Source of the DNA: Nanobdellati archaeon
Lineage (GTDB): Archaea > B1Sed10-29 > JAGVWA01
Assembly: GCA_018304505.1 (NCBI GenBank)
Contig: JAGVWA010000005.1
Location: 1-63,527 of the forward strand
Direction: 5' to 3'
DNA: 63,527 nucleotides
The notes beneath the pieces were generated by a model, which saw nothing but the letters and a program-made list of their open reading frames with translations, did not search any database and was not told where the DNA came from. Positions 37,279-47,370 of the stretch are shown here, in pieces (position 1 is the first letter of the stretch; every line of letters starts with the position of its first letter). A program made the position numbers and the translations under genes.

Positions 37279-37547
37279 GCTTCCAAATCCTCATAACTGG
37301 TCTCGCCGACAAGGGCCTTGCCTGTATCGAGATTAATGAAGGTCGGCGTAGGCAAGCCTTCTTCCCCGTACTCCTTCTTTATCGCTTCGCGGTACTGCTT
37401 CATCGTCTCCACATTTTCCGGGTGGTGCCACACCTCAAGCCTCTGGATTTCCATGTCTTGGTGCTCTTTTTCCAGTCTGTCTACAAGAGGAAACATTACA
37501 TGGCAGTGGTTGCACTCTTGCCCAAGGAAGAAAATTATTTTCGTCAT
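37260..37547 (-). CDS. Thioredoxin/glutaredoxin-like protein (CNHC)
   Basis: ECNHCHVM, LEVWH, LPTPTF cis-Pro loop. Confidence 0.85.
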   Translation of the reverse strand: MTKIIFFLGQECNHCHVMFPLVDRLEKEHQDMEIQRLEVWHHPENVETMKQYREAIKKEYGEEGLPTPTFINLDTGKALVGETSYEDLEAWAMGK

Positions 37548-37810
37548 AGTCCTATCACCATTTTTAGTTCTTGTTCATTTATTTCAACGTAAGCGTCAAT
37601 AGAGCCGCAAGTGGGGCACTCTTCTGGAGGTTCCATTCCAATGTGCATGTCATTACAAACTGTGCAGCGCCAGAGCTTCATTACACCTAGATTAGCGATG
37701 GCTGTTGCTACGTCTTCTTTCGTCGCAGCTATGAAGCCTTCTGGTGCATTTCTCCCGTAATGTATGCTTCCATTCTCGTTTTTGAACAGCGTTTTAACCA
37801 TTGAAATCAC
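37544..37810 (-). CDS. Rubredoxin-like domain protein
   Basis: WRCTVCN...PPEECPTCG. Confidence 0.85.
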   Translation of the reverse strand: MISMVKTLFKNENGSIHYGRNAPEGFIAATKEDVATAIANLGVMKLWRCTVCNDMHIGMEPPEECPTCGSIDAYVEINEQELKMVIGL

Positions 37811-37816
37811 CTTACC

Positions 37817-38410
37817 TCATGACCCTTCAACTATTATTGTGCCCTTGTTGCCCACCTGCTTGTGGTCGTGGTACTGCCACGTGCCGACTTCATTGAAAGT
37901 AAATGAATATGACTCACCCGGAGAAATGTCCCCGCATGCATCGAATATCATTGAGGTGTCGCCGCCTGAGAAGCACTTTTGTATTCCCGAGCCGGGATAG
38001 GCGTTGTGGACGGGATGAACTTCAGACGCGGGCCAAATGCCTCTTGAGCCCGTGTTAGTAAACGTGACGGTGTCCCCCTTTTTGACAGTCAACACCCCTG
38101 GAGAAAAACCACTGTTGCTCATGTCGATGTTGTGCGTTTGTGGGCCCATCATCGTGCCCTCCATTGCGTCACCCATCGCATCAGTCGCACCTTCCATTGC
38201 ACCCTCTATCATTGGGTCTTCCATAGCTTCGCCTGTGCCTTCCATCATGCCGTCATCTATAGTGTCTTCAACTATCATTTCCGGCGCGTCCTCAAAACCG
38301 GGAGCTGGAACAGCCTGTGATGTCGTTGCGGGCGCAGTTTCACCACCAACGCAAGCGCTAAGCAATACAATAAAAATCAGCAATGTTCCTATTCCAACTT
38401 TCCTGAACAT
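37817..38410 (-). CDS. Lipoprotein with plastocyanin/cupredoxin-like domain
   Basis: Lipobox LLSAC; GFSPGVLTVKKGDTVTF, GTWQYHDH, GTIIV. Confidence 0.82.
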   Translation of the reverse strand: MFRKVGIGTLLIFIVLLSACVGGETAPATTSQAVPAPGFEDAPEMIVEDTIDDGMMEGTGEAMEDPMIEGAMEGATDAMGDAMEGTMMGPQTHNIDMSNSGFSPGVLTVKKGDTVTFTNTGSRGIWPASEVHPVHNAYPGSGIQKCFSGGDTSMIFDACGDISPGESYSFTFNEVGTWQYHDHKQVGNKGTIIVEGS

Positions 38411-38411
38411 T

Positions 38412-39275
38412 TTATCCTGTCACCTCAACCTTTCCTGAAGCTTTGGCCCTGTCAGTCGCCGGCCAGTAACCTGTATAAATAAATGTCTTGTTGGCAGTGA
38501 ACTCCACAGTCCTTGTCTTGTTCGCAGAGCCGTGTCTGTATTTTACTGTGTCCCAGTAGCCGCTCTTTACATCAAGGCCGCCGAAATAAATTTCATCATC
38601 GTTAAAATGAAAGTTGATCCTGACAGTGTCTCCCGTTGTTACATTGATCGTGCCGGGCTCCACTGAATTGTCGTCTATCATCACGTCAAACTGCATTACC
38701 CCGTCGGGCATCGCGGTTCCAGTTTCGTTTGAAGCCATTGCTTCTTCCGCTGCGGTATCCCTTTGCGGCGCCTCAATTTCTACTGGTTCTGCCACGATGT
38801 TCAAGGCACTGAATGGCACGTTTAGGATGCTATCATCAACCAACACTGGCACGTCATCTCCTGGGAATTCATAAACATCGTGCTCGCCAGCATCAACGTG
38901 CAACATGGCGTGTAATACTGGCGTTGCTTTTGCTTCATCAATATTCACTATAACGTTTGCATTGTCTCCCTTCTCAACATGCGTTTGCCCAATAACTTCA
39001 CCAGGGCCCCCGCCCGCCTTGTCCGCGTGGATCACGATAAAACCAGATTGCGCTGCCCTCGCCATTCCGATTGTGACCGTGCCTGAAACAACGTTCTGGT
39101 TATCCACTGTTACACCTGGCGTGATTTCTTCCATCACCTCAACGGCATCTGCAACGGTGCCTGCTGATTTTTCCTCCATCGCATCGGCGGGAATTTGGTC
39201 CCCTGTAGATACAGGTTGAACACAACCCGCCACTACGGCAATTAATGCCAATAAGATAACTATTGCCTTGCTCAT
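38412..39275 (-). CDS. Lipoprotein, two beta-rich domains (second cupredoxin-like)
   Basis: Lipobox VVAGC; FIVIHAD...HAMLHVD; PGTINVTTGDTVRI. Confidence 0.75.
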   Translation of the reverse strand: MSKAIVILLALIAVVAGCVQPVSTGDQIPADAMEEKSAGTVADAVEVMEEITPGVTVDNQNVVSGTVTIGMARAAQSGFIVIHADKAGGGPGEVIGQTHVEKGDNANVIVNIDEAKATPVLHAMLHVDAGEHDVYEFPGDDVPVLVDDSILNVPFSALNIVAEPVEIEAPQRDTAAEEAMASNETGTAMPDGVMQFDVMIDDNSVEPGTINVTTGDTVRINFHFNDDEIYFGGLDVKSGYWDTVKYRHGSANKTRTVEFTANKTFIYTGYWPATDRAKASGKVEVTG

Positions 39276-39338
39276 TGAATCATCTTGTTATTGAAAATGA
39301 CGTGCAACTATTTAAAGTTGCCCCATCTATATTATAGT

Positions 39339-39524
39339 ATGGAGAAAAGATCGCTGCACAAATACACCCTCGAGCCAAAGGAAACAAAATTGGAAACGCA
39401 TCAAACGAAGTACTACATGGTCGACTCCAAAACATTCGTGCTGATGATGCTCGGCGTCATCGCAATTTCGGTGATCTTCATTTTCGGAATCATTGCAGTG
39501 TTCTCTCCGCAAGTGCTCTCGTAA
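39339..39524 (+). CDS. Small single-TM protein
   Basis: C-terminal hydrophobic helix; TTTAAA box upstream. Confidence 0.5.
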   Translation: MEKRSLHKYTLEPKETKLETHQTKYYMVDSKTFVLMMLGVIAISVIFIFGIIAVFSPQVLS

Positions 39525-39549
39525 TTTATTTTCACGCTGGTGATTTTTC

Positions 39550-40197
39550 ATGAAAAAATTCATAAAGATCCTCGACACCTTGGAGGATAACCAAGACACG
39601 ACAATGCTGGGCAAGATGCAGAAAAAACATGACGCATTCAAGATCCTCATTGCTACAATGCTGTCCGCCAGAACGCGGGATGAGCAATCGGAACCGGCAG
39701 CAGAGAGGCTCTTCGCTGTTTATGACACGCCCATGAAGATTGCTAACGCGCCCCTTCCTAAGTTGGAGGTGCTTGTCAAGTCCACTGGTTTTTACAAGGA
39801 AAAAGCCAAGAGGATCAGGATGGCCAGCCAACAAATACTGGATCGCCATTACGGCGAGGTGCCAGACAACATGACAGACCTCGTTGCGCTTGAAGGCGTT
39901 GGTCGCAAGACAGCGGGCTGCGTCATGGTCTATGCATTTGGAAAGCACGCGATTCCTGTTGACACGCATGTGCACCGGATTTCGAATCGCCTTGGAGTCG
40001 TGAGTACCAAAACGCCTGAGCAAACCGAGATGGCACTTGAGAAAATCACGCCAAAAAACTGGTGGCTGCGCGTCAACGAACTCCTAGTGAGGCACGGCAA
40101 GACAATCTGTTTTCCGCGCAACCCGAATTGCCCAGCGTGCCCTGTAAAAAAGTACTGCGACTACTACGGTGACGTGTACAAGCCAGCGCACAAGTAG
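39550..40197 (+). CDS. nth: Endonuclease III
   Basis: LIATMLSART, HhH LEGVGRKTA, PVDTHVHR, Cx6Cx2Cx5C Fe-S motif. Confidence 0.96.
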   Translation: MKKFIKILDTLEDNQDTTMLGKMQKKHDAFKILIATMLSARTRDEQSEPAAERLFAVYDTPMKIANAPLPKLEVLVKSTGFYKEKAKRIRMASQQILDRHYGEVPDNMTDLVALEGVGRKTAGCVMVYAFGKHAIPVDTHVHRISNRLGVVSTKTPEQTEMALEKITPKNWWLRVNELLVRHGKTICFPRNPNCPACPVKKYCDYYGDVYKPAHK

Positions 40198-40234
40198 CTA
40201 TAGTTACATATACTAGATGCGCTTTTTTTAATTT

Positions 40235-41137
40235 ATGTTCGGGATGGAACGATGGAAAGACTCGCTTGACATGATACAACGGACAATCCAACTTGCATCT
40301 ACAAACCGCGAGATATTGAAACCGACGATAGCAGAGGCCAAGGTTTTCCTTGCAGCAATCGGCATCCCTTTGCTATTGATTCCACTATCGATTTTAGTTC
40401 CAGCGCTCGGCGTGCTGATGATACTCTCATGGATTCTCTCCCTGCTCTTCCTCATCCTGGTTTTCCCGTTCATCAAGACCTATTACAGGGCAGCACAAAC
40501 GTGGATTGTTTACAAGACCTTCAAAGGCGAGGCCTGCAGTTATCGCGATGGGCTTGACCGGGCAGACATAAACAAGGGCGACATAATAGGCCTCACTATA
40601 CTAGAGAAAGTCGCCAGCATGATGGCCGCCAGGATAAGGGGGGGCCAGAGAAAGGGCGCGGGAGTTATGACATTGATACTGAACATCATTCTCTCGCTGA
40701 TTGCGCGCGGCATTGAAGAAGCCTGGGACCTTGTAGGCAACTACCTCTTGCCAAGCTCGATAATACAGGAAAAAAACTTCATCGAGTCAGCCAAGGAGTT
40801 GGGGAACTTGAAGAACAACGTGCCTGCAGGCCTTGTAGGCATTTTCGGGATTGAGTTTGTCGGCAGCCTCATCATGAGCTTTGTGAACTTAGGTCTTGTC
40901 TTATTCGTCATCCTGTCATTTTTCATCGCAGCCACCACTGGCTTCTGGCCCATCTTCCTTTTCGCGCTAATAATACTTGTTGTGGGCAACGTCGCAGGGG
41001 GCATGATAATAAGCATGGTCAAGACCATCTACTTTACAGTGTTCTTCATGGCAATCACAATGCCTAACGAGATACCCAAGCAATACAAGGAAAGCCTCAC
41101 TTCATACCTGAAAGGCGGAACAACGGGAAAGCCTTAA
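40235..41137 (+). CDS. Hypothetical multi-pass membrane protein
   Basis: Several TM segments; no catalytic motif recognised. Confidence 0.75.
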   Translation: MFGMERWKDSLDMIQRTIQLASTNREILKPTIAEAKVFLAAIGIPLLLIPLSILVPALGVLMILSWILSLLFLILVFPFIKTYYRAAQTWIVYKTFKGEACSYRDGLDRADINKGDIIGLTILEKVASMMAARIRGGQRKGAGVMTLILNIILSLIARGIEEAWDLVGNYLLPSSIIQEKNFIESAKELGNLKNNVPAGLVGIFGIEFVGSLIMSFVNLGLVLFVILSFFIAATTGFWPIFLFALIILVVGNVAGGMIISMVKTIYFTVFFMAITMPNEIPKQYKESLTSYLKGGTTGKP

Positions 41138-41164
41138 TAAGTTAAAAGGGCCCTATTTGCTTAC

Positions 41165-41869
41165 ATGAAAGACACAACGGTACTGCGCAAGAAAAGCGGC
41201 GTAACAGGATTCGACGAATTGATCGAAGGCGGCTTTCCAGAAAACTCCGTTATCCTGCTGTCGGGCACTTGCGGCACAGGAAAAACTATTTTCGGCTTGC
41301 AATACTTAATTAACGGAACTGAAAACGGCGAACGTGGACTGTACTTGAGCCTCGAGGAACCCGAATCGCGCATAATCCGTGATGCAGAACTGTTTGGCTG
41401 GGACATGGACACCATGACAAAAGATAAAGGCTTATTGATTAAAAGATCTGAAATCGAAGACTGGCAAAACTTTGTAGCAGAGCTTGAAGACATCATAAAA
41501 AGCAACAAGATAACCCGCATTGTTGTTGACTCGATTTCCTTGCTGGCAACGTACTTCAGGGACAAGTACGACGCGCGCAGAAACGTCTTTGAACTTATAG
41601 AGCTGCTAAAAAGCCTAAACACTACTGCAATCCTGATTTCTGAAGTTGACGAGGAACACCTCGGACTGTCCAACCAGGGCATTGCCGAATTCATTACCGA
41701 CGGCGTTGTAGTACTATATTATTGGAAGCAGCGCGACCACTACCTGCGCGGCATTTCAGTGAGGAAAATGCGAAGCACAGACCACAGCCAGCGCATTCAC
41801 CCGCTGAAAATCAAAAAATCAAAAGGCGTACAAGTATTTCCGGGCGAAGAACTCTTTGGCGAAGCCTGA
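41165..41869 (+). CDS. KaiC/RAD55-like RecA-superfamily ATPase
   Basis: TGFDELIEGG, GTCGTGKT, VVDSIS, DGVV, RKMRSTDH. Confidence 0.93.
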   Translation: MKDTTVLRKKSGVTGFDELIEGGFPENSVILLSGTCGTGKTIFGLQYLINGTENGERGLYLSLEEPESRIIRDAELFGWDMDTMTKDKGLLIKRSEIEDWQNFVAELEDIIKSNKITRIVVDSISLLATYFRDKYDARRNVFELIELLKSLNTTAILISEVDEEHLGLSNQGIAEFITDGVVVLYYWKQRDHYLRGISVRKMRSTDHSQRIHPLKIKKSKGVQVFPGEELFGEA

Positions 41870-41954
41870 AAAACAATCCATGAATAAGCCAAAAATCAAC
41901 GTACTTGCCAAAAATCAACATATCTATTTATTCTCTTAGAACATTGAGTAATGC

Positions 41955-44360
41955 ATGAAGCGCGGCCAGGTTGCACTCGAATACCTAATCATTATTGGCG
42001 TTGTTCTAGCATTCCTTATCCCTATTGTACAACAGTCATTCACGACAACAAAGGCCACTATCCGGCTAGAAAAAACACAATCAAGCTTGCAGGGCCTCGA
42101 GGACGCCATCAACAGCGTTTACGTTTCAGGCCCAGGCAACAAGAAAACAGTCAAGGTGTACATTCCAGAATCGACAATATCCTCGAATGTGGCAAACAAC
42201 ACAATAATCTTGACAGTCAATGAACTTGGCGCAGAGTCTGACATCCTTCTAATAACCAAGACACTGCTCACCGGAAACCTGCCTCAAGAGCCAGGGGAAT
42301 ACAAGATCACTGTAGAGGCACTAGAAAACGGCACGGTCGCGCTCAATTACGTGTCCAGCTTACAGATTTCACCAGAGTACGCAGAAATAACAGTGCTGCC
42401 ACTGATACCTAAAATATACAACTTCTTGCTATACAACCCCTCAGCAGACCAAAGGGCAATCACTAACGTTACAATAACAGGCGAGATAGCTCCATTAGTG
42501 CAAGTCATTTCATTCCCGGAAACAATCGCGCCCGGGGCAACAGAGACCCTGACAATAGAAGTGCTTGCCCCAATAACCGCACCGCCCGGGCAATACAGCG
42601 GAGAGGTTTACGTGACCGGCAACCCGGACTCATTAATGGCCAACATTGCCATAATCGTGCTGCAGACCATCGGCAACATCAGCTTGCAAACCACCGACCC
42701 ATTAAGACAACCAAAATCTAATTTTACACAGGGCGAACTATTGGCGTACAACGTAAACGTGCTAGACCAAACAGGCCAGCCCATGCTTACAAACCAGATC
42801 GACGTGGAAATCCTGGATCCTGCCGGAACCTTAATGTACACAGTGCAAAACGAGACAATTGTCTACGGCGTTTACGAGAACTCTTACTTGATCAGTCAAA
42901 CAGGAACCCCGGGGTACTGGAGTATAACAGCAATAGCCCACGACGCAAACAGCAACATGCAAGCCATGCAAACGTTCTATGTAAACCCAGCAGGCAGCTC
43001 CAACGCGACACTCACATGCAACGACATGTATCCCTATCAAGCACTCGACTTCATGGGCAACGACTTACTAGCTGCAGTTCAAGTATCAGATGACAACCGC
43101 GCACTAATCGACCGCGTTCGTAAAGAGTACACTGGGCTCGAAATTGATCACCCTAACAACTATTTCGCATACTTTGGGGTATCAACTTCATTACAACCGC
43201 AAATGGGCGCAATCGATGCCGACATTTACACCGTCCTAGAGCCACAGATATTCAACAACCTCAGCTACTATGATTTAGTCATTCTGGAAAACCCGGGATT
43301 GTTCGACAGTGAACGGATTCAGGTTGAAAATTTCGTCGCCATGGGCGGCACTATAATAATGTCATCGTACCTCTTGCAAGCAAATATGGCCCCTGTACTT
43401 GGCATTGATTACGACGGCACTGGCGCTCAGACAGCCAGCGTGCTTGAGGTAATGCAGCCAGACCAGTACTTCAACTTCACTGTCGGCTCTACGTACACTG
43501 CAATGAGGGTCGCCAAGGTCACGGACACTTACATCCCTTCTAATGGGACCCTTGATGCACAGAACTTCCGGCAAATCGCCAGATCGCAATCAGGAAACGA
43601 CAACCTCATTGCACGTTGGAACTACGGCAACGGCACGGTGTATTACTTTTCCGAATTCGGCAACCCCGGCGCAGAGTTCAGGGAAAAAACCAAAAACGGC
43701 ATACTGAACATCCTAGGAAAGCTGTACAACAACGGCAAGACCAGGAACATGCAGGCCATGTTTGCCTCTCAAAACCAGGATTTGCTCGTAAACCTAACGC
43801 TCAGAGTAGAGCACCTTGAATCAAACGCGGGCGTTTCACTAAATGCACAGGTTGTCAACAAGACCGCGTCATGCGTATTACCCGGATCAACAACAGAAAC
43901 CACAGCACAGTGCACCCTTGCAGGATTGACTAGCCAAGACCTCGCGAACCTCAAACTGAATTTGTCATTCCCAACGACCATAGCAACAAAACAGTCTGCA
44001 CAAGTTGACAAAGTTTACATTACGGCGTGCAGCCAGCCCCTACTTTTACAAAATTCAGACATACAAAGCATCGGCATAAGCACCAACAGCGACACTTACG
44101 CAGTTGGAGGAACCGTGTTCTACAGCCTGTGGACCCTTGACGAAAATGAAGACCTTGATGATGGCAACCCGATACTCATTGAATTCAAAGACCCCGTGGG
44201 GGTTATTGCGCATAGTAAAATCGTCAACACGACCAACGGCCAATATTCAAGCTCATTCACACTGCCGATAACAGCCCATGTTGGAAAATGGGAAATTAAA
44301 GCCACAACATACAACAACCAGGAAGTGCTAATCGCACAAAGGAAATTCAACGTCAAGTAG
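41955..44360 (+). CDS. Large class III signal peptide (pilin-like) surface protein with Ig/MG2-like domains
   Basis: MKRG/QVALEYLIIIGVVL; two similar DPxG...GxWxIxA beta-sandwich repeats. Confidence 0.82.
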   Translation: MKRGQVALEYLIIIGVVLAFLIPIVQQSFTTTKATIRLEKTQSSLQGLEDAINSVYVSGPGNKKTVKVYIPESTISSNVANNTIILTVNELGAESDILLITKTLLTGNLPQEPGEYKITVEALENGTVALNYVSSLQISPEYAEITVLPLIPKIYNFLLYNPSADQRAITNVTITGEIAPLVQVISFPETIAPGATETLTIEVLAPITAPPGQYSGEVYVTGNPDSLMANIAIIVLQTIGNISLQTTDPLRQPKSNFTQGELLAYNVNVLDQTGQPMLTNQIDVEILDPAGTLMYTVQNETIVYGVYENSYLISQTGTPGYWSITAIAHDANSNMQAMQTFYVNPAGSSNATLTCNDMYPYQALDFMGNDLLAAVQVSDDNRALIDRVRKEYTGLEIDHPNNYFAYFGVSTSLQPQMGAIDADIYTVLEPQIFNNLSYYDLVILENPGLFDSERIQVENFVAMGGTIIMSSYLLQANMAPVLGIDYDGTGAQTASVLEVMQPDQYFNFTVGSTYTAMRVAKVTDTYIPSNGTLDAQNFRQIARSQSGNDNLIARWNYGNGTVYYFSEFGNPGAEFREKTKNGILNILGKLYNNGKTRNMQAMFASQNQDLLVNLTLRVEHLESNAGVSLNAQVVNKTASCVLPGSTTETTAQCTLAGLTSQDLANLKLNLSFPTTIATKQSAQVDKVYITACSQPLLLQNSDIQSIGISTNSDTYAVGGTVFYSLWTLDENEDLDDGNPILIEFKDPVGVIAHSKIVNTTNGQYSSSFTLPITAHVGKWEIKATTYNNQEVLIAQRKFNVK

Positions 44361-44371
44361 AAGTGCTAAAA

Positions 44372-44806
44372 ATGCGTGCCATTAAAGGACAGGCAAGCGT
44401 GGAGATACTAGTAATAATCTCACTGTTATCCCTGATTTTCCTACTAATGACAAACCACGGGATACAAATGAAAAACGAGGTTCAACAAACCCGAAACCTA
44501 ATCACGTTTGAAAAGAAGTGCATTGTTTTAAGTGAAATCATCACGAGTCTCATGAACGCGCAGGAAAACACCAGCCTCATTACCGTAATGACAGGCCACA
44601 CTGACATATATCCCAATGGCGAATCGAAAATTGGGGATGAAGAGTGCAATGTGCCAGGAGTATTCAATGCAACGTACACCCTGCTAGAAGGAAGCCACGC
44701 CAAATTCCAAAAGTCGAACGACAAAATCATCATTAGCGTGCTAAACGCTGGCCAGGAAGACATCGGCCTTGGTGATGGCATTGAGAGAGGATACCATGAA
44801 ATCTAA
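44372..44806 (+). CDS. Minor pilin-like protein
   Basis: IKG/QASVEILVII class III signal. Confidence 0.8.
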   Translation: MRAIKGQASVEILVIISLLSLIFLLMTNHGIQMKNEVQQTRNLITFEKKCIVLSEIITSLMNAQENTSLITVMTGHTDIYPNGESKIGDEECNVPGVFNATYTLLEGSHAKFQKSNDKIIISVLNAGQEDIGLGDGIERGYHEI

Positions 44807-45281
44807 AGGGCAGGCCCTGTCAGTAGAACTCACAGCCACGAGTTTAATATTCATTTTTCTGCTATCAGCAATCTACGTTTCGTGGAACAATACAGCCCTG
44901 TCGCTGGACGAACGGTACCTTGAAACCAAGTTCCTGTCAATATCAAACCAGGTTGCTGAACAGCTCATCAGCAATCAGGGACTCCCCACTGATTGGCAAG
45001 ACAATCCAGAAAACGCAACCCTCATCGGCTTGAACAAGAACTTTCAAGAAATCTCAAGAGAAAAACTCCTCGCGCTCATAGCGTTTGCAAACAATGACTA
45101 CCCGGCTACAAAGGAATTGCTGAATACGCAAGGCTTCGACTACATTCTCACTGTTAGGCGCCAGGGCGCAATAATCGCACAGGCAGGGCGACCAGCGGGC
45201 CATGACATCATCGTTACAAGGAGGACCATAATATATGAAAACGCGACCGCGACACTCGATGTCGGGATACACTCATCGTAA
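44796..45281 (+). CDS. Minor pilin-like protein
   Basis: KSKG/QALSVEL class III signal; GLPTDW motif. Confidence 0.8.
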   Translation: MKSKGQALSVELTATSLIFIFLLSAIYVSWNNTALSLDERYLETKFLSISNQVAEQLISNQGLPTDWQDNPENATLIGLNKNFQEISREKLLALIAFANNDYPATKELLNTQGFDYILTVRRQGAIIAQAGRPAGHDIIVTRRTIIYENATATLDVGIHSS

Positions 45282-45708
45282 AACAAGGGGGTTCGTGCTG
45301 TCCCTGGACGTGCTCCTAGCCTTCATTATAGTACTGACTATACTCTCATCCACCAATCAGATGATGCAAGATAGCGACCTCACCAAAACGCGTGAGGCCG
45401 TCGCCATGTCAAACAAGGCCAACGATGCAATGTCCATACTGCTGAAAAAAGGCACCCTCGAGACATTAAACCAGGGGATGCTTAATCAGGAGCTTCAAGG
45501 CATAATGGACAGCTCAGACAACTGGAGACTAATCATTTCACAGCACCAGCCCCCTAACTTCGAGGCGTCCTTCAGGCTTGAAACTGGACAGGCCACCACC
45601 CCACCATCAACATCCGCATCAGCAACAAGAACGTTCATCATCACGACAAACACGACAGACACGTACTACACCGCCCAGTTACGGGTATGGAAAACGGAGA
45701 TACAATGA
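45259..45708 (+). CDS. Minor pilin-like protein
   Basis: KTRG/FVLSLDVLLAFII class III signal. Confidence 0.78.
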   Translation: MSGYTHRKTRGFVLSLDVLLAFIIVLTILSSTNQMMQDSDLTKTREAVAMSNKANDAMSILLKKGTLETLNQGMLNQELQGIMDSSDNWRLIISQHQPPNFEASFRLETGQATTPPSTSASATRTFIITTNTTDTYYTAQLRVWKTEIQ

Positions 45709-46502
45709 AACGCGGCGTGCTTTATTCACTGTCATTGGCCATAATCGGCACCATCCTAATTAGCCTCGCAGCCACGTCCAATGGGCTCACCACAAACAAA
45801 AGCCACGCCAGTGAACTGCTACAGAAAATAAACCAGGAACACGCCAACATACAACTTGACTTCGAAACCATGCTCAAGAACAATTACTATCACAGCATCA
45901 CGAATCGAAACAACCTCCTAACAATAGAAGAGGAATTCAACTCCAGGTCAATGCCAAGCCAAAATTTACGAAACCGGCTGGATGCTTACAACAGCTTCCT
46001 GCAAACCACATCACAGGTGAACACGTCAATCGACACAACAACCATGACGAGCCCCGCAACATTCCAAATAGCGCCATACGGAATGATGTATACACGCAAT
46101 AGTTCATCAACGAAAATAAAAAACATCGAAAACATATCCGCGATATGGCTGGGAATCAACTTCGACAACAACACTGTAACTGGAATCGAAAACTCGACAA
46201 ACCCGGGCAGCATGGCCTTTACCCTAACAGTGGCCGAAAAATATAACGTCATAGCGGAACTGAACTTCAACATAGACCCAGACATGAACAACAACATCAC
46301 GATAAACCTCAACAACGGCTACGTTAGGATATACATAAAAACAATGGAACTAGAAATCACAGACTTAAAACCAGGAACCAGGACGCTGATTCAGCTCACC
46401 CCAACGTTGTTTCAGGGAATAATTATAAAGTCAGAAGCCGTGACAAACGCACAACACGAGAACATAAACATGTCCACAGTGCTCTGGACTGAAATCACCT
46501 GA
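45705..46502 (+). CDS. Minor pilin-like protein
   Basis: MKRG/VLYSLSLAII class III signal. Confidence 0.75.
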   Translation: MKRGVLYSLSLAIIGTILISLAATSNGLTTNKSHASELLQKINQEHANIQLDFETMLKNNYYHSITNRNNLLTIEEEFNSRSMPSQNLRNRLDAYNSFLQTTSQVNTSIDTTTMTSPATFQIAPYGMMYTRNSSSTKIKNIENISAIWLGINFDNNTVTGIENSTNPGSMAFTLTVAEKYNVIAELNFNIDPDMNNNITINLNNGYVRIYIKTMELEITDLKPGTRTLIQLTPTLFQGIIIKSEAVTNAQHENINMSTVLWTEIT

Positions 46503-46512
46503 GTGAATTAAA

Positions 46513-47370
46513 ATGAAGGACAACCTCATCGAAGAAATACTACACAAGATCGGCATCGGGAAGGCCACAAAAAAGGAAACTGAGCAGCTTACGCTTGTTT
46601 ATGGACTCCCGACAAAAATAATGAGGCAGAGAAAAAAACTCAGAATGTCGCGGCGTGAACTCGCCAACAAGATCGGCACACTAGAAAGCGTAATAAGGGG
46701 GCTGGAGGAAGCACGTATAATCCCCGAAAAAGACGCAGTCCTAGACCTAGAAAAAGCCCTGGGAATTCCGCTCTACACCGAACACAAGCACGTCATACAG
46801 AAAATGAAAAGGCACCATGCGAAAGTCCAAAAGAAAATCCTAACCACCAAATACATGGACAAGCTCGAAACCAAGTTCTTTCCCAAAATCCGGGAAAAAT
46901 ACAAGGAAAAAGCCCGCCGGGCAAACACCCGTACCAAGACAGAGCCAACCAAAAAAACTGAAAAGAAAAAAACCCCAGCAAGAAAGGGCACAGCAAAACG
47001 GGCCAAACCGAAATCCCTGGCAGTCAAAAAAACTACACGCAAAAAACGAGTGCCTCACGCGCCCGCACCGAAACAGAACGCAGACATACAAAAGAAGCTC
47101 ATAAAAGGCATTCATGACACACTCGACATGCTGGCTGAACGCAACGCCGCAACTTCTTTAAAAAACGTGGCTTCTGCACTCGATGTCACTCAACAAGAAG
47201 TGATAGAAGAAATTGGGAACGTCATAACGCAAGATGACTTTAAAATGCCAAAAGGAACCAGCATCCTAATCGAAGGACCCATAGAATCACAAAAAGAAAC
47301 CTTCACACAAGAAATCATACAACACCACCTAGCCCGTAATAAACCGATTTTTGTCAGGCGAAGAACGTGA
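46513..47370 (+). CDS. XRE/MBF1-like HTH, Lys-rich linker and start of a degenerate KaiC-like domain (fragment 1)
   Basis: RQRKKLRMSRRELANKIGTLESVIRGLEE; SILIEGPIESQKET pseudo-Walker A; frame breaks at about 47352. Confidence 0.7.
   Translation: MKDNLIEEILHKIGIGKATKKETEQLTLVYGLPTKIMRQRKKLRMSRRELANKIGTLESVIRGLEEARIIPEKDAVLDLEKALGIPLYTEHKHVIQKMKRHHAKVQKKILTTKYMDKLETKFFPKIREKYKEKARRANTRTKTEPTKKTEKKKTPARKGTAKRAKPKSLAVKKTTRKKRVPHAPAPKQNADIQKKLIKGIHDTLDMLAERNAATSLKNVASALDVTQQEVIEEIGNVITQDDFKMPKGTSILIEGPIESQKETFTQEIIQHHLARNKPIFVRRRT
47236..47334 (+). repeat. 99-bp block identical to 47951..48049
   Basis: GACTTTAAAATGCC...CACCACCTAGCC compared directly. Confidence 0.92.
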
